64,000 bases of DNA from Azolla caroliniana (taxonomy: Eukaryota; Plantae; Polypodiophyta), in contig JBHGNT010000011.1 of the NCBI GenBank assembly GCA_043228905.1, positions 13,330,001-13,394,000 on the forward strand, read 5' to 3'. The notes under the pieces were generated by a model. That model made no database searches. It saw only the letters and a list, made by a program, of their open reading frames with translations, and had not been told where the DNA came from. The position numbers and the translations under genes are program-made. Below, one piece after another: positions 1 through 12,700 of this stretch (its first letter is position 1; every line of letters begins with the position of its first letter).

Positions 1-245
1 CAACTCTGAAAATCTTTCGGCTCTAAAGAGGGTTCGACTCCTACGAGCATATGATTCTAACTAATCTTCGAATCTACAAAGGCGTCAACTCTGACGATCT
101 TTCGACTCTGAAGAACATTTGAATCTAACAATCCTTCTACTCCAAATAGAGTTTGACTCTTATGATCTCTCGAATTTGGCGAGCCTTCAAGTCTAATGAC
201 CTTTCGACTAGGAAGATCAGTCGACTCTGTCGATCCTTCGAGTCA
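1..245. repeat. Degenerate ~43-47 bp minisatellite
   Basis: Recurring gactct/gatctttcgactc motifs, e.g. caactctga..atctttcg at 1 and 87. Confidence 0.45.
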
Positions 246-599
246 CCCATGCTCTTTGGTTCAAGTTCTAGGTGGTCCCGCTCAAGTAGCACACATATGT
301 GCATAACTTCGTGAAACCGGAGGATGTGCAGGTTTGGTAGGGGTGGATGTGGTGATGTGGGAAATTTTATAGTTGGAAATAAGTTAAACTAGTAATATAA
401 AAAAAGACTAAATGATAGATTGACAGTGTGGTATGAAGGACAAATAACAAGTCCATTTAAAAACAATCAAACAAATCATATCTCAATGGCTAAGAGCTTG
501 TACTATGAGTGGGAGAGGAAAAGTAGAGCGTGCAAGTGGAAAAAACCATGGTGCATGCCAAAATAAAAAATTACCACTAATTTTGTTTGTGAGAGAGCG

Positions 600-2100
600 T
601 CTTGAATCCTATAAAAAGGGATGCAAACTCATTCTGGGCATGTGAAGAAGATGAAGCTTCGCAGAATTCCAGGTTTAGTTCAGATTGTTGGAGCATTGCT
701 GTTTTGTTGATCCGTTCTGCCACACCTTTTGCATGGGAGTATATGGAATGGTCTTTTGGTGCTGAATCTGTTTTCCGTAATGACAATGCTCAAAGAAGTT
801 CGTCTTTGACTGGAGTTTCGGGATGTAGCCGATCAAGTAGGGCTTGTGACATATGGCCGAGTCAGCCATGCCATAAGTTCGAATATGGCAATTCGGCTAC
901 GTCCATTGTGCCCTCTAGATTGATCTCCATCAGCGGATACTGATATTTCTTCAGCTGATCACTTGACATGACGACTCATGGAGAGTCGTTCGATACCCAG
1001 CTTCGGCTAGCATGCTCATGGAGACCAGACTCCTCTTCAACTTGGGTACATGCCAGACTCACTGCAGGGTGATAGTATTGCCGTTTGGCAATTGGATGGG
1101 GATCTCGTTGATCCTTGGGATTACGCACCTCCTACCCGTTTCCTAGTCGGACTGTGCTACTAGCTCCAACCGAATAGTTCGAGAATCATTCGATGTTGGG
1201 GGTCACGTGAAATGTGGATCCGGAATGTAGTGGCCACGTTCGCGCATCTTGTGCACTGTAGAGGATTTCTCCAATTGACGAATCTTCTAGGGAGAGGATT
1301 TCTCCCGATTGGGATTCAACAACATTGATTTGGTTGCTAATTCGAGAGTGGTTCGAGTCAGACTATCCTTGATTCCGTTTGAATCTCCGTCCATCCTCCT
1401 TCTTTTTGTTGATCGACCAACAACCGGCAACGCTGTGACCAGCCTTTCTACAATGTGTAGTAGGCATTCGACTTGATGTTTCGTGACTTGGACCGTTGTC
1501 AATTATCATTCCTCCTTCTTGGCCAACTAGTGCTTCAACCCGTTCTTCCGATTGGCTCAATTGAGTAGTGAGCTTAAGCCGAATAATTGATGGTGAGACT
1601 CATTGATTTTCACCGAATATCCCTCGTGAGAACTTGCCCAATTGTTTTATCGAGGTTTAGATTTGAACTGTTGTTGGAAAATGTCATGCAAAATACTTCC
1701 CAACTCGCCGGCAAGCTCAATAGGAGAGTAAGGGCTTTAACTTCTTCTTCGAAGTTAATCCCTTGGGAGGAGAGTTCGAAAAACACCTTGTGGAAGGTGT
1801 TGATGTGAGAGGTTTCCGGATCTGTCTTTCTCATTTTCATATTAAACAACTGTCGGATCAATATGAGCTTTGATGAGGACTCCTTTTCGTAAACAACTTG
1901 AAGCTTCTCCCACATGGCAAATGCCGAAGTCTCTTTGGCCACGTTGAACTAGATGTTCTCGGCCAGATGCATTCGGATGGTCGAGCTAGCTATTTCATCC
2001 AGGGAGCGCCATTCGTCAGTTGTCATCAAAGTTGGCTTGTTGTTGTGCCGTACTACCTTGATTTGATGCCGGATGATCAGTACATCCTATGTCATCAAAG
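600..2100 (-). pseudogene. Internally deleted Ty1/Copia gag-pol remnant
   Basis: Gag-like MWEKLQVVYEK..LIRQLFNMKM (1610-1942), decayed knuckle CRKAGHSVAGCW (1363-1560), pre-integrase and integrase fragments EHCHYGKQ, IPYTP and GVAERINKT (577-869); many stops and frameshifts. Confidence 0.8.
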
Positions 2101-2109
2101 CCGAACAAT

Positions 2110-3245
2110 GGAAATCAGAGGAGGCGACCATCATACTCCCGGACAACGACTCTGGGGAGCATAACATTCATGAGCCTACGTAGGGGGACGACGAAGTCCT
2201 GGAGGTTACCACGACACCGCAACCACCAAAGCCCACCCCAAGGGTTACCCACCACACCCCCGAAGTCACGGCCGACATAGCACGAGAGGAACCATGGGAG
2301 GAGCCACTACGGGAGCCTCTGGCCGACGACCAACACGAGGAACAAGCGCTGAGCAATGATCCCTCAGAGGGAGCACCACAAGCTTAGACGCAGACAGCGG
2401 CATCAAAATCAATGGAACCCGAACATCTTTCTAGGCCTGCCCCCACAGAATCAAGTTCACGGCCAAACTTCGACGCAATCGAGCCAAGCAACACCGCGAC
2501 CACTCCCGTCGCAACCGACATGTGTGACCGTCCAGAACCCAATATCCTCAATATTTTCAACGATGAACAAAGGGCGGAAGTGGGTTCGACGTGCTAAGCA
2601 CTATCCCACAGTCGTGCCATGTGTTGGCCGCCTAAGTCGGCCAAGTGGGAAAATGTGGAAGAAAACGAAGGCTTAGGGACAGAAACATCTGTAGTGTAAT
2701 TATGAGGCTGTAGTTATAAAATGAAGCGTTATTAACACCTGTAACGGTTTACGCTCCAAGCGTAACCGACCATGACTTTATATATAAAGGGCATGGGAAA
2801 CTAGTAAAGACTAGTGTAGAATTTTGGGTAATCTTTGAATATAGTTTTGTTGCTCTGAATCGTTGTGTCTCTTGGCTGGTGCATATACCTTGTATGTGAT
2901 TAATTGTGTAAGTGATTCTGTGTAAAGATTACGCATCTTGCAAAGGAACTTGGTTGTAGCCGTCTTCCTACGTCCCTTTTGCCCTAAGTTTACGCCACGC
3001 TACGCACTACACTCGCAACCATTCGTGAATAGAAATTTTTCCCTCTCACATTTTGTGACATTCTTAGGTTTTTCTCTTTTTCTCTCTTCCTACGTCTCTT
3101 TCCCCTAAGCTTACACCACGCTACACACTACGCTCGCAGTCATTCGTGAATAGCCTGTTTACGCTCTCCATTATTTGCATCATAATCTTCTTGAGCCGTA
3201 CCCCGAAGGACTGAGGGTAGGTCGTGTTTACCCTAGCTGGTAACA
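2110..3245 (+). mobile_element. 3' remnant of non-chromoviral Gypsy: degenerate extra-ORF tail, tRNA-like pre-LTR motif and LTR-like segment 2622-3245
   Basis: The pre-LTR motif at 2580-2621 matches those at 44465-44504 and 58484-58526. TGTT starts at 2622 and TAACA ends at 3245, where a Copia RNase H frame is cut. TATA-like tatataaa near 2780 and an internal ~70 bp duplication (~2963 / ~3086). Confidence 0.65.
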
Positions 3246-3500
3246 CCATGAAGCCAAATTGCCTCTTTCACAGCCTCTGTAATTGCCATATACTCTGCCT
3301 TTGTTGTAGACAAAGCCACCCTTGACTGGAAAGTAAACTTCCAACTAACTGGCGCCTTTGTTCAAGTGAACAAATAGCCAATTGTAGATCGTCGCTTATC
3401 CAAATCACCTGCCTAATCAGAATCACAATATCCAACTTTGCATTTACCAAGTGATTTATCTTGCTCAAAAGTCAATCCAACATCCATGGTGTTTTGAAGC
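3246..3500 (-). pseudogene. Ty1/Copia RNase H fragment
   Basis: Minus-strand translation across frameshifts gives GYCDSD*AGDLDKRRSTIGYLF..VSWK..QSRVALSTTKAEYMAITEAVK.AIWLHG. Confidence 0.85.
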
Positions 3501-4444
3501 TACAATAGAATCAACATGTTCGTGTTCACAAGTGGAAGGATTGCGCATTCCACTTGTAGATTCCTTTTGTAATTATCCAAATATACCCTCTCTACAAAAA
3601 TTGGATGCGGTAGTATCACATGTTCAACAACTTTATTAGAATTTGCAAAATTAATAAAACATGATAGGTCTCCGAGTGGAGAACATGTGATATTCACTCA
3701 ACTTTGGAATTGTTGATATGTTAATGCGATTATAATAAAGTTCAACAATGGCTCAATATCACACTTTTGTGAGACATGGCAAACACTCAGATGAAGACTT
3801 ATATTTGTTTGGTAAGTCTAGCAAAAATATGAGGTGTAATTGTATCCATGTTAATAAAATGAGTTATAATTAAGAGTTTGACCCATACTCGTATCTATAT
3901 AATTGTTCTTAATGTAAGATAGTGAACCTTAGAATATGTGATTGAAATAACAAAGTTATTAAAGCTTTCTATACTTGTGTTTAAAGTTGATGCAATCTAA
4001 TCCTTAGATGATTCTCATGGGATTGAACTCCGAATGATAACGCTAATTAAACTACAAGCGTATGAAACATGTAGATATTGATGAGAGGCGGTACTCCAAG
4101 GTTGTGCAACTAATGGGCCATTATCAACACACTACCCAAAGTAAGCAACAATGGAAGACAAACAAACATAATAGTTTGATAATTATCAGCACACTACCCA
4201 TTCTAAGCAGCAATAGAAGACAAAGAACCATAATATATGGACAATTATATATTAGACACAATTTGACAGTCTCGACAACCAATCTCAATTAACAACTTCG
4301 GCAGTCTTGATGACCATTCACATCACTGACATCGACAGTCTTGAAAGTCTCCAAACTGACAATCTCCACATGTTTGTGTGCAACACATGGCAATGGGGAT
4401 AATATGTTCAGGTAAACTTTGACCTGAAAGATTGTCACTATCAA

Positions 4445-4615
4445 TAAGTCATGTTTCTCATATGTTCAAAATCAGGCTTAAGGTTAAGTAATTCATGTTT
4501 CTCCATATTAGAGACAACAATTGATGCGCGAAATTAGGCTTAAGGTTAAGTAAATCATGTTTCTCCATATTAGAGTCAAGAATATATGTATGAAATCACG
4601 CTGAAGGTTAAGTAA
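4445..4615. repeat. Three degenerate ~50-63 bp tandem units
   Basis: catgtttctc..atat....gcttaaggttaagtaa occurs three times. Confidence 0.6.
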
Positions 4616-4812
4616 GGTTCCCTTACACAATAACGGACTAACATTCATATAGCTTTAACTTTCGAAAGTCATAAGTCAACAAACCAAGTGTATAGGAATA
4701 TAATTGAAACATATAGAACAATGTAAACAATGGACTACACGAATGAAAGAACCCAACATTTATATTAGAACTTGGAATTCATAAGTTTACACTTCATCAA
4801 AAAAACATTGTA

Positions 4813-5548
4813 TTACATAGCAATCAAATCATCAACGTCATTATCGTCATCTTCCCTTAGAGAAGTCTCATAAGCTATTTGTGCATTGTCTTCCCTTGTT
4901 AGCCAAGCAACCGTAAGATCTTCTGTAAGCTCGTCATCAAGCTCAATTAGCTCCCCCGGTTCCCCAGCTAACGGAGGAATAGGCTCTCGGGAAGCCGGTT
5001 GAAACTATTCCGTATCAACGATGTGCTTTGCACCCACCTCCTCGTCCTGGTCTGGGCATTCCCACAAGGCCTTAATCCTCATATTTATAAATATAATCTA
5101 CTCCTCGTCCTTCTCCAATGCTACCGTATTTTTGAAGACCTTCAAGGTGCATGCAGACGTTGTACCTGTAAAGAAATGGGCAAGAAGACTAAGTTATCCA
5201 ACCATAAGAATCATTATTGATTATATCAGCAACCTAAACCCAGTTCGAAGGATACCTATGCTAGAAAATAGCTCTAATATCCAATCTCCTTCATTCGAGA
5301 ACATTTTGATCATGTGCATGATAGGTCGTTGAGGTTTTTGGTATGGGTTGACAAGTCCTTGTTCTGTCATGGTGACATGTCGCAATTTGCTTGTGACTTC
5401 TAGATATACCAACAGGTTTGAACCTCCAACTTCATTAGAGTGCTCCTTGATTCTTTATTTCTTTATTTTGTCGAATTAACCAACTGTAATGTACTCAATC
5501 GCATTTACGAACTGAAAGGTCGGTCCTCTATTCCCGTTGGTTTTTATC
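4813..5548 (-). pseudogene. 3' exons (5548-5256 and 5165-4813) of ParB-fused beta-class DNA amino-methyltransferase pseudogene
   Basis: Translation (W)IKTNGNRGPTFQFVNAIEYITV...VNPYQKPQRPIMHMIKMFSNEGDWILELFSSI-G-TTSACTLKVFKNTVALEKDEE*IIFINMRI matches the beta-class C-terminal half (WxK, QKP, GDxVLDxFxGxGTT, E.D). GT..AG intron at 5255-5166 (phase 1); acidic tail; TAA at 4815-4813. Confidence 0.85.
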
Positions 5549-5567
5549 CTAGATAATGAATAGTAGG

Positions 5568-6024
5568 TATTAGAGACATGAACTAATGTAAGCACTAGAT
5601 AAGGATAGAATATAGATAGATAGATAGAAAGGAGAGAATGAAAGAAGGGTGCCGATCCACCCGACCACCCCCGAGCGAAGGGATCGAGACGGACTCGAGC
5701 CTCGATCGGCGTCCCATACCACCGCCGTGGCGTCGAGTCATACCTGGTGCTGGCGCGCTCGCTACAAGAGTTGACCCACCACAAGACAGAGTCTCGACGT
5801 AGTCAACAAGATGATCCAATGAGGGTAGTTAGGCCTCTTATTTATAGCGATACCCAAGGCCCCCAGGCAAGTTCACACTTGGCCTAATGGGTTGTCTAAA
5901 TCCCGAGGATTAAAAGTAATCATCCCCTTCTTTACACTCTCGTTTAACCCTCACACTTATCCACGTGTATAGAATACTACGGTAAATTCTCACCACGGGA
6001 TATTATATGGTCATGCCCGTAACA
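5568..6024 (-). repeat. G1 3' LTR
   Basis: Direct repeat of 16725-17181 with about 17 mismatches; adjacent PPT aaagagggta (reverse complement of 6025-6034). Confidence 0.95.
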
Positions 6025-6049
6025 TACCCTCTTTAAAACATTGCACTCT

Positions 6050-9026
6050 TGCAATGGAAAGTTAGGGAAGTTAGTTTTGAGAGTATTTTCGTGTTCCTAT
6101 GTGGCATCTCTTATTGATTTATCCATCCATTTTATTTTAAATTCTCGGATTTCTTTAGTACGTAATTTTTTTGTTTTAACATCGAGAATTCTTTCTAGTA
6201 CATGTGGTTTAGAAGATAATTCTTCAGAAGTAACCAGAGTTTCAGTTGTAGCTGTATTGTAGCCAAAACCTAGAAATTCTTTTAGACGACCCACATGAAA
6301 AACTGGATGAATTTCAACACCATTGGGAAGAGTGAGACGATAGGCTGATGACCCTTGATGCGTTTGAGGACTGTAAAAGGTCCACAGAACTATGGGGCTA
6401 ACTTAGTGCACTTACCCTTAGACAATGTCTTAGAACTGTGAGGTACATGTAAAAATACCTTCTGTCCAGGGTTGAATACACGAGGTTGCCTATTATGATC
6501 GGCATAAAAACGTGCTCTATCTTGAGTTGTTTTTATATTATCTCGTGCAATATGCAGAATATATTGCATATCCTGAAGAAAGTTTTGCGTACTTTGCAAC
6601 TCATTATGAAGTATATTAACATCAATCGGGGCTCGTGGCTGAAAACCATACATCAACATAAAAAGACTATATCCTGTCAACGTATGCTTGGAACTGTTAT
6701 AAGCAAACTCCAAAATTGGGAGATAACGTTCCCATTTTGTTGGTTTTGCACAAATGTATGCTCGAAGCATGTCCTCAATAATTTGATTTACTCGTTCTGT
6801 CTGTCCATCGGATTGAGGATGATCTGTGGAGCTCATGCTCAATGTAGTTTCTAACTTCTTGAAGACTTGCGTCCAGAAGTCCCTAGTAAACTTTGGATCT
6901 CGATCACTCACGATATCCATCGGTAGCCCATAAAAATGAAATAACTCGTCAACGAATTGGTAAGCCAATTCAGGAGCTGTTACCATGGTTTTAGTAGCAA
7001 TAAATCTGGCCATTTTAGTTAGTCTATCAACCAAAACCCAGATGGCATCATGGCCTTTTTGGGTGTGAGGAAGGCTAACAATAAAATCCATGGATATACT
7101 TTCCCAATTATTATTGGGAATGTCCAAGGGATATAAAAGTCCTGCGGCTTTAAGTCGCTCGGCTTTGTTAACCTGACATTGGTGACATTTAGTCACATAG
7201 ATATGTATGTCGAGGCACATCTTAGGCCAATAGAATTGAGTGGAGATGAGAATGAGTGTACGATGTATTCCAGGGTGCCCTGCTAAGCGTGTATCATAAG
7301 TCCTGAATGAGATCAGCCCATCGTGCCTTACGACCTTTCAGGTCTTGTTGGTCAGAAAAATATTTCAAGGACTCGTGGTCCGTAGTTACCACAAAGCGAT
7401 TTCCATAAAGATAATGACACCATGTTTTGAGCGCATGTATAATTGCAAATAATTCCTTTTCTTGAACGTTATACCGACATTGAGCAGAATCAAGTTTCTT
7501 ACTCTCGAATGCTATTGGTTTACCATCTTGAGCATAATCACTTGCATCGGTTTCAACCTCAAAAGGTTTTGAAGGACTGGGTAAAAGAAGAGAAGGAGCG
7601 TTGCACACCAGGTCCTTGAGTTCCTTAAAGGTGAGGTGTAATGTAGCATTCTAGACAATAGGTTTTGTAGACTTACGCGTTTGACCTTTTAGAAGATCAG
7701 TAAACGACGTCGTCAATTGGGAATAATTACGAAAGGATTTTCGCAAAAACCCGACAAAACCAAGGAATGATCGAACTTCTCGAATATTTCGAAGAGTGGG
7801 CCAAAGCTTGATTTTCTCGACGCGAGAAGGATCAATTTCAACTCCTCGTCCAGTTATGAGATGTCCAAGATAAGTAATTGATTTCTTGAAGAACTCACAT
7901 TTTGAGATCTTCGCATAAAACTGTTTGTCACACAATGTTTGTAAAACAAAGCGGGCATGTTTAGCATGTTCTTGTAATGTACGACTATAAACTAAAATAT
8001 CACCCAAGAAAATAACGACAAATTTTCTAAGTTGTTCTTGGAAAATGTCATTCATTTCTTGTTGAAATGTAGCCGGAGCATTGGTTAAACCAAAAGGCAT
8101 AACCAAAAACTCATAATGGCCATAGCGCGCACGAAATGCCATTTTAGGAACATTGTCCTCACTTATACGAATTTGATGGTAGTCAGTATGGAGATCAAGT
8201 TTTGTAAAATACCGAGCTCCCTGAAGACGGTCAATTAGATCGTCAGCCCGGGGCAATGGATACGAATTCTTGATCGTCACTTTATTCAAGTGTCGATAAT
8301 TAATTCACATACGCCATGTGCCCTCTTTCTTTTTAACCAAGAGAACTGGTGCACCCCATGGAGATTTACTATAATGTATATAACCCATTCATAAATAGTC
8401 CTTGGGTTGCTTAGATACCTCATCCTCTTCGGATCGACTTAAGCAATCAGGAGGTATACTTATTGGTGCAACACCAAGTACAATATCTATATGATAGTCT
8501 ATATTACGTTTAGGAGGTAACCCATCTGGTAGTTCACTCGGAAAAACATCACGAAAATCATTTAAGATTTCATCAAGTTGTTGTTGTTCAAAATATGTTA
8601 ATTGAACCGAGACATTAGCGATATTGTAAACATGAATGTCTGGATCAAGTACACAATAAAATAGAGTAGAACAAGACACCTCAGATATTGATGGAGAGGA
8701 AACAATTGAGAGGGATTGTTTTTTTACACATTGAATAAAATGAGTACAGTCGTTCAGTACAAATGTAATTGAATGATGAACTCAATCAATAGATAAAGAA
8801 GAGTTTTTATTATAGAACCAGGGATAACCCAATATTACATTAGTGGTACGAAGATTCATTAGATGGAAGTCTACTTCCTCTATATAAGTGTCAATAGAAA
8901 TTCCTAATGAATGAATCTCCCCGTTGATGTATTGTACTCTTCCATCAGCCAAGTGCACCGTATAGGTGTGATAACTTACGGTGGGTTGGATTCCCCATAT
9001 CTGAACCAAACGATCATTCACAAAAA
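6050..9026 (-). pseudogene. G1 pol pseudogene: protease C-part, RT, RNase H, integrase, chromodomain
   Basis: RT YPLPRADDL..VMPFGLTNAPATFQ (7651-8289); RH VETDASDYA (7294-7608); IN HPQSDGQTERVNQ (6390-7220); chromodomain ERILDVK..FKIKW (6097-6294); stops and frameshifts. Confidence 0.95.
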
Positions 9027-9719
9027 TGTTAGGAAATTGACGCTTTCAAAACCTTCACCTCTCGGCCACAACCGAGGAAACACGGATCAATGCAGCAGTA
9101 AATCGAGAAACACAGAGAGAGACTCGAATGCACAGGGTTTAGCGTGGAAAACCCTAGACGGGAAAAACCACGGGAGTGCAAGACTCCAACTATCACTATA
9201 CGCAGGGAATGTACAATGGCGAGCTGCAAGGCGACGACCTTGAGCTCGCTGTCCTCGCCACAGGCGGCGGTATTACACAGAGGTGTCGACCTCTTCCTTT
9301 CTCTCTCTCTCACTCTCTCTCTCGGCTGCTCTCACTTCGCTCCCTTTAAGTGGAAAACAGAAAAATGAGCAACAACACAAAACTGTTTGCCCTAAGTCAT
9401 ATTTATACACATATAGCCTCGAGGGCCCTTGGCAAACATATTCACAAATATGTCCCCCGCATCCGGATCTCTCTCCGAGTACATTCGTCATCCGGCTCCG
9501 TAGCCGGGGTCTTCATCATCCGGATCCGAAACCGAGTCTTCATCATCCGGTTCCGTAACCGGGTCTTCATCATCCGGTTCCGATACCGGGTCTTCATCAT
9601 CCGGTTCCGTAACTGGGTCTTCATCATCCGGTTCCGATATTGGGTACTCCTCATTCGGGTCTTCATTCCCGATTCCCGGACATCTGACCATCCCATCCGG
9701 AGGGACCGTAATCCCAACA
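9027..9719 (-). repeat. C1 3' LTR with 27-bp tandem array (~9490-9670)
   Basis: Repeat of 13834-14523; unit ccggttccgtaaccgggtcttcatcat. Confidence 0.95.
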
Positions 9720-9729
9720 AACTCCCCCT

Positions 9730-12700
9730 TCACTTCGGCATGGGATGTCTTTCCAGTCCGACCCTCTTCCGGCACGCTTCCAGCTTGAAGGGTGTGAGCA
9801 CTTTGGTCAGCATATCTGACCCGTTCTCGTCCGTGTGGATCTTCGTCAGCACGAACTCCTGGTCTTCTATCCTTTCCCGGATCCAGTGATATCTTCGCTG
9901 GATGTGCTTCGTCCGGGAGTGATAGGCCGCGTTCTTCGCAAGGTGGATGGCACTCTGACTGTCGCAGTAGAGTCGGTACTCCTCCTGCCGGATACCGAGC
10001 TCTCTAATGAAGTCCTTCATCCATATTATTTTCTTGCCGGCTTCAACAGCCGCCATGTACTCCGCCTTCGTGGTTGACAACGCAACCGTCTTCTGCAGCC
10101 TCGACTGCCACGAAACAACTCCCCCTGCATACGTCATCACATACCCTGATGTGGACCGGCTGGTATCTGCATCAGCCGACATATCCGAATCGGTAAAGCC
10201 GTCGAGTTCGGGCTTACCGGAGCCGAATCGGAGGCACACGTTTGCCGTGCCCTTCAGGTATCGGAGTATCCACTTGGCCGCGTTCCAGTGCTCTTTGCGG
10301 GGATTGCTCATGTACCGGCTCACCACTCCGACTGCATATCCTATGTCCGGTCTTGTACACACCATTGCGTACATCAAGCTTCCGACGGCAGAGGCATATG
10401 GTACTTTCATCATGTCCTCCTTCTCAGCCTTTGTCTTGGGGCTTTGCTTGCTGGACAACTTGCAGTTTGCCGGGAGGGTTGACCCGACCGGTCTTGCTTC
10501 CGACATGTTGAACCGGTGTAGCACCTTTGTCACGTACTTCTCCTGTGACAGCTACAACTGCTTCTTCTTCCGGTCCCGGATGATGTGCATCCCTAGTATT
10601 TGCCTCGCCGGACCCAGGTCCTTCACTGAGAAGGTTCGGTGAAGCGCTTTCTTCAGCATCCGTATCTTGACCTGGTCCCGTCCGACGATCAACATGTCGT
10701 CCACGTACAGGAGGAGTATTAGAAAGTCTCCTCCTTCGAACTTCTTCACAAACACGCAGTGATCGGACTGCGTTTTGTGGTACCCTTCGTCGATCATGAA
10801 AGAGTCGAACTTCCGGTACCATTGCCGGGGAGCCTGCTTCAATCCGTAAAGGCTCTTCTTCAACCGGCATACCAGGTGCTCCTTCCCTTTCTTCTCGAAT
10901 CCTTCCGGTTGCTGCATGTAGATCTCTTCTTCGAGGTCACCGTGAAGGAATGCCATCTTCACGTCCATCTGTTCTACCTCGAGGTCCATGCTTGCCGCTA
11001 TGCTCAGCACCGTCCGGATGGAGGTCATCTTCACTACCGGGGCAAATATCTCGTCGAAGTCGACGCCCTTCTTCTGCTGGAACCCCTTCACCACGATCCT
11101 GGCTTTGTATCTCGGGGGGTTTCCGGCATCTCCCGGTTTTAGCTTGAACACCCACTTGTTTCGAAGTGCCCGCTTTCCTTTCGGCAACTCCACAAGTTCA
11201 TATGTGTGGTTCTCATGCAGGGAATCCATCTCCTCCTGCATGGCACTTAACCACCTGCGGCTATGGGTGTCAAGCTTTGCTTCTTCAAAACTCTCCGGCT
11301 CCCCCTCGTCGGTTAGCAGCACGTGCTCTGGTTCCGGAAATCTCCGGGGGGCCCTTCTCTCTCTTAGAGGATATCTCCGTTCCGGAGCTTCGGTAACCGG
11401 CTCCTCCGTTTCCTCTTCATCCGAATCCATTTCGGGATCGGGGCCGGTTCCGGTATCAGTTTCATCTTCCTCGGCCGGTTCTGTTTCTTCACCGTCTTCG
11501 GCCGGATCCTCGAGTGCTAACCGGTCCCTTGCCGGTCGGGACTGCTCCTCATAGAGTTGATCCTCACCGGTCGACTTGGAGCTCTTCATCTTCTTCTCCG
11601 ACTCCCAGTCGGCGAGTGTCTTGTCCTCCATGAAGATGATATCACGACTCCGGAATATCTTTTTGTCGACCGGGTCCCATACTCGGTAGCCGAACTCGTC
11701 ATCGCCGTAACCGAGGAATATGCATGGCCGGGTCTTTGGATCTAGCTTTCCTCTCTGGTCCTTTGCCACATGCACATATGCGAGACACCCGAACACCTTC
11801 AGATGCCGGTAGGATACTTCCCTACCGGTCCACACTCTCTGCGGCGTGTCTCCGTCCAAAGGTACTGAGGGTGATCTGTTTATCACGTATGTCGCCGTCG
11901 ACATTGCCTCAGCCCAAAACCCCTTGGGTAATTTCGCATGCGCCAGCATACTCCGGACCCTCTCCATTATGGTCCGGTTCATCCTCTCGGCCAGCCCGTT
12001 CAGTTCCGGCGTCTTCGGCATGGTAAACTCGAGCCGGATTCCCTTCGAGCGACAGTACTCCTCGAACTGCCCCCGGTATTCCCCTCCGTTATCCGCTCGT
12101 ATCGCTTTCAGCTTCTTGCCGAATTCCCTTTCCACTCTCGCGTGGAGTTCTTTGAAGACGCACAACACTTGGTCCTTTTTCTTCAACGGTGCCGTCCACA
12201 GCTTCCGGCTGTGGTCATCAATGAATGTCACGAAGTACTGGGCTCCGCCATGTGACTTCGTTTCTACTTGACACACGTCAGTGTGCACCAACTCCAATGG
12301 TGCGCTACGTCTCGTCGGTGGCCTTGAGTGGAAGGAGGTTCGGTTCTGCTTACCGGCCAGGCAATCGGTGCACTTCTCCAGGTGCACATGCTTCACTGGA
12401 ATAAGGTTGTCTTCTGCAAGCCTCTTCATCCCCTTCTCACTCATGTGGCACAGTCTCGTGTGCCACAGCTCACCGGCAGTGTCGGCTGCCACGTTCAACT
12501 CCTCCGGACACAACCAGGCATTCATAAGGTACAGTGTGTTGACTTTCCGGGCCCGAGCCACTATCAGGCTCCCCTTGCTGAACTTCATTACGTAGTTCCG
12601 GATGCTACCTGTGTAGCCTTCATCGTCTAGCCTCCCGGCCGAAATCAGGTTCAATCGAACCTCCGGAACGTGTCGGACATCCTTCAGCAACATTTTGCAT

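Noticed and set aside
2580-2619. Genuine tRNA gene
   Set aside because: Only T-arm and acceptor 3' strand similarity with an inserted hairpin and encoded CCA; no D or anticodon arm.
2617-3250. Solo LTR with TSD CCATG
   Set aside because: The left CCATG is part of the conserved internal motif (also in G4) and the right CCATG is native Copia RNase H sequence; the two flanks do not rejoin.
3500-3697. SET-domain-like fragment (GDLSCFINFAN)
   Set aside because: Lacks the NHS and ELxxDY motifs; the adjacent sequence is Copia RNase H.
9029-9889. ORFs in C1 LTRs (and similar short ORFs in G1 and G3 LTRs) as genes
   Set aside because: They are products of tandem repeats and microsatellites, duplicated with the LTR, with no recognisable domains.
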